From NCBI GenBank assembly GCA_963767735.1, contig CAVYES010000003.1:32001-96000 (forward strand): a stretch of DNA of 64,000 nucleotides, written 5' to 3'. The position numbers were made by a program, and so were the translations under genes. This stretch comes from Candidatus Bathyarchaeota archaeon. GTDB lineage: Archaea > Thermoproteota > Bathyarchaeia > Bathyarchaeales > Bathycorpusculaceae. The notes under the pieces are model-generated. The model saw nothing but the letters and a program-made list of their open reading frames with translations, ran no database searches and was not told the DNA's origin. The stretch's first letter is position 1. Each line of letters starts with the position of its first letter. This document shows, in pieces, positions 61,777-64,000 of the stretch.

Positions 61777-62379
61777 CTAAGATTTGTGGCTGTTTTCTGT
61801 TGTGGCTTTTAGGATTTCGTCTGTGGTTCTTAGCAGTCCGATTCTTGGAAAAATGTACTTGAGTGTTGCTTCATGTTCGTCTTTGCTGTTTGCAGCCATG
61901 GCGTCTGTGGCGAAGACTTGGTTGTATCCGCGTTGATATGCGTCTCTGGCAGTTGTCTCCACCCCTATGTTGGTTGAAACTCCGCATAGAACAATGTTTT
62001 CTATTTTTCTGCGTCTTAGCTGCAAATCAAGTTCGGTTCCGTAAAACGCGCCCCACTGCCTCTTCGCTAAAACTATGTCCTTGCCTGTGGGCTTTATTTC
62101 TTCAACAAAATCTGACCAATCTGCCGGTCTCGGGCCAGAACCCCACTGACTTTGCTGGTCGGTTACGGGATGCAACATGTCTCTTCCGTCAACGGATGTC
62201 ACATGAACTAAGAAAACGGGTATTCCGGAGTCTCTGAATTTGGCGACAAGCTTTGAAACGTTTGCGATAACTTGGCTCGCAGTGTTAGGTTCAAGTTTTC
62301 TGTCAAGTGCAAAGATGCCCTTTTGTACATCTATAACAACCAATGCAGTCTTGTTCGAATCTATTTTCAAATCAACCAT
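61777..62379 (-). CDS. Isochorismatase-family hydrolase (YecD-like)
   Basis: VVIDVQ, KRQWGAFYGTELDLQLRRR and GVSTNIGVETTAR (Gly at the usual Cys position). Confidence 0.88.
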   Translation of the reverse strand: MVDLKIDSNKTALVVIDVQKGIFALDRKLEPNTASQVIANVSKLVAKFRDSGIPVFLVHVTSVDGRDMLHPVTDQQSQWGSGPRPADWSDFVEEIKPTGKDIVLAKRQWGAFYGTELDLQLRRRKIENIVLCGVSTNIGVETTARDAYQRGYNQVFATDAMAANSKDEHEATLKYIFPRIGLLRTTDEILKATTENSHKS

Positions 62380-62520
62380 ATCAAAATCACTACACTGAAG
62401 GTGGGAAAAGATTCTTATATGCATTTTTCAATCTGGCCTTCCAGCAGCATGGCAAGATAAGATAATGGTTTTCAAGAACAAAAACTGTGAAAAGAGCCTA
62501 CTGAACTCATTAAAGGAACA

Positions 62521-64000
62521 GAGGCTGTGTGAAAAAGGTCTTTTCGTTGATGGCAGGTGACCGTTAGCCTTAAATCTAGAATAGCTTTAGAGCTACTGAT
62601 GAGCCATGAGCGAACATGTAACTGGCCTCAACAGAGACCAAACAGCACTCTTTCCCAACACGCTCGAAGGATACGTGGATAAGGAAAACCCGGTCAGGTT
62701 CATAGACGCCTTCGTAGACAGCCTCAACTTGGAGAAACTCGGCTTCAAACACTCGGTACCAACTGAAGTTGGAAGACCATCATACGACCCTGCAGACCTT
62801 CTCAAACTCTATGTCTACGGATACCTAAATCAGATCCGTTCAAGCAGAAAGCTGGAACGCGAATGCCAAAGAAACATAGAGGTCATGTGGCTCGTGAAAA
62901 AACTGGCTCCAGACTTCAAGACCATTGCTGACTTCCGCAAGGACAACATTGACTGCGTGAAAGGCGTCTTCAAAGAATTCGTCAAGCTATGCATCAGCTT
63001 AGATCTATACGGTGCCAAGTGCATAGCAGTGGACGGCACCAAATTCAAAGCCGTAAACTCGCTCGACAAAAACTTCAACCGCAAAAACTTGGCCTACAGA
63101 ATGAAAATGATAGACCAGCACGTAACAAAATATCTGGCTGAGATTGAAGAGGAAGACCGCAAAGAGGCACAAGCTGACTCTAAACATGTTGAAGTGCTTC
63201 AGGAAAAAGTTCAGAAACTCATGAACCGAAAAGAAGAGTACTCAGAGCTTCTTTCCAAACTCAAAGAGTCCAAGCAGAATGAGGTATCCCAGGTCGATCC
63301 TGATTGTAGGCTGATGAAGAATAGAGGCAGGATTGAGCCTTGTTATAACGGTCAGGTTGCGGTTGATGATAAGAATCATTTAATTGTTGATTACAACGTG
63401 ACGAATGCTCCGGCTGACAATTGCCAGCTCAGTCCTATGGCTATAGGCGCTAAGAAGATGCTCGGAGCAAAAAACCTAGATGCTGTTGCTGACAAGGGAT
63501 ACTTCAGTTTCGTTCAAATCAAAGACTGCGTGGAAAATGGCATTATTCCTTATGTGCCTGAGCAGAACCGGTATGGCGTTGGTTTTGTCAAGAGAAAAGG
63601 GGTTCCGACTCAAGAATTCCACGTTGATAAGTTCGTTTATGATGTGGGGACGGATACGTTTGTTTGTCCCGGGGGGAATGAGCTTGTTTTCAGCTATTTA
63701 GATCATGCTCATCAAAAGAACATTCGGGTTTACAGGACTGATGCGTGTTTCTCTTGTGAGTTTTTTATGGTGAAGTGTACGTTGAATAGGCATGGGCGGA
63801 CGTTGTGGCGTTGGGAGCATGCTGAGGTTCTGGATGAGATGAGGGCGAGGTTGTTGCGTGAGCCTGAGAAGTTGGCTTTGAGGAAGAGGCTTGTGGAGCA
63901 TCCGTTTGGAACTATGAAACGTGCGTTTAATCAGGGTTATTTGCTGCTCAAAGGTCTTAGGAAGGTTGTTGGCGAGGTAGGGTTTACTGTGTTGGCTTAT
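62521..64000 (+). mobile_element. IS1182-family insertion sequence, right end outside the window
   Basis: Left end gaggctgtgtgaaaa followed by the transposase gene. Confidence 0.85.
62606..64000 (+). CDS. IS1182-family DDE transposase (3' truncated by the window)
   Basis: Own translation: GRPSYDP..LLKLYVYGY..RSSRKLE, PDFKTIADFR, AVDGTK, ADKGY and VEHPFGTMK. Confidence 0.93.
   Translation, partial: MSEHVTGLNRDQTALFPNTLEGYVDKENPVRFIDAFVDSLNLEKLGFKHSVPTEVGRPSYDPADLLKLYVYGYLNQIRSSRKLERECQRNIEVMWLVKKLAPDFKTIADFRKDNIDCVKGVFKEFVKLCISLDLYGAKCIAVDGTKFKAVNSLDKNFNRKNLAYRMKMIDQHVTKYLAEIEEEDRKEAQADSKHVEVLQEKVQKLMNRKEEYSELLSKLKESKQNEVSQVDPDCRLMKNRGRIEPCYNGQVAVDDKNHLIVDYNVTNAPADNCQLSPMAIGAKKMLGAKNLDAVADKGYFSFVQIKDCVENGIIPYVPEQNRYGVGFVKRKGVPTQEFHVDKFVYDVGTDTFVCPGGNELVFSYLDHAHQKNIRVYRTDACFSCEFFMVKCTLNRHGRTLWRWEHAEVLDEMRARLLREPEKLALRKRLVEHPFGTMKRAFNQGYLLLKGLRKVVGEVGFTVLAY

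Noticed and set aside
62593-63901. Short ORFs listed in the track over the last 1.4 kb
   Set aside because: Shadows of the IS1182 transposase, which the track omits because its stop lies outside the window

Overview
Archaeal chromosomal segment, most likely Candidatus Bathyarchaeia. This is an inference from the unsplit Rpo1 and Rpo2, the NitrOD5/DUF3227-like domain, tandem-Lrp regulators, multi-PAS kinases and expanded beta-propeller surface proteins. Main contents in order: the 3' part of a membrane-anchored multicopper oxidase; a small islet at an intron-containing tRNA-Leu(CAA) carrying IS200-type tnpA and relBE; pepF; an orphan DNA methylase; an rpo2-rpo1-rpl30e-nusA operon; three paralogous mosaic surface proteins with tandem-Lrp regulators; a hinge-less SMC + kleisin + KITE operon; nucS; pdaD; two divergent PAS kinases with a receiver; cdc6-wHTH-moaC-moaB-moaA; two vapBC pairs; lhr; apgM; tatA; and an IS1182 running off the end. 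The best candidates for novelty are (1) the compact Smc5/6-like three-gene operon, (2) a dispersed promoter + 10-bp-periodic array element tied to an MraZ-like double-AbrB gene, with copies flanking the RNA polymerase operon in inverted orientation, and (3) an in-phase inverted repeat that could swap sensor blocks between the two kinases. Single-base frameshifts in housekeeping genes, including the essential rpo1, suggest sequencing indels, so pseudogene calls are unreliable. All family assignments come from motif recognition by eye, and no searches were run.
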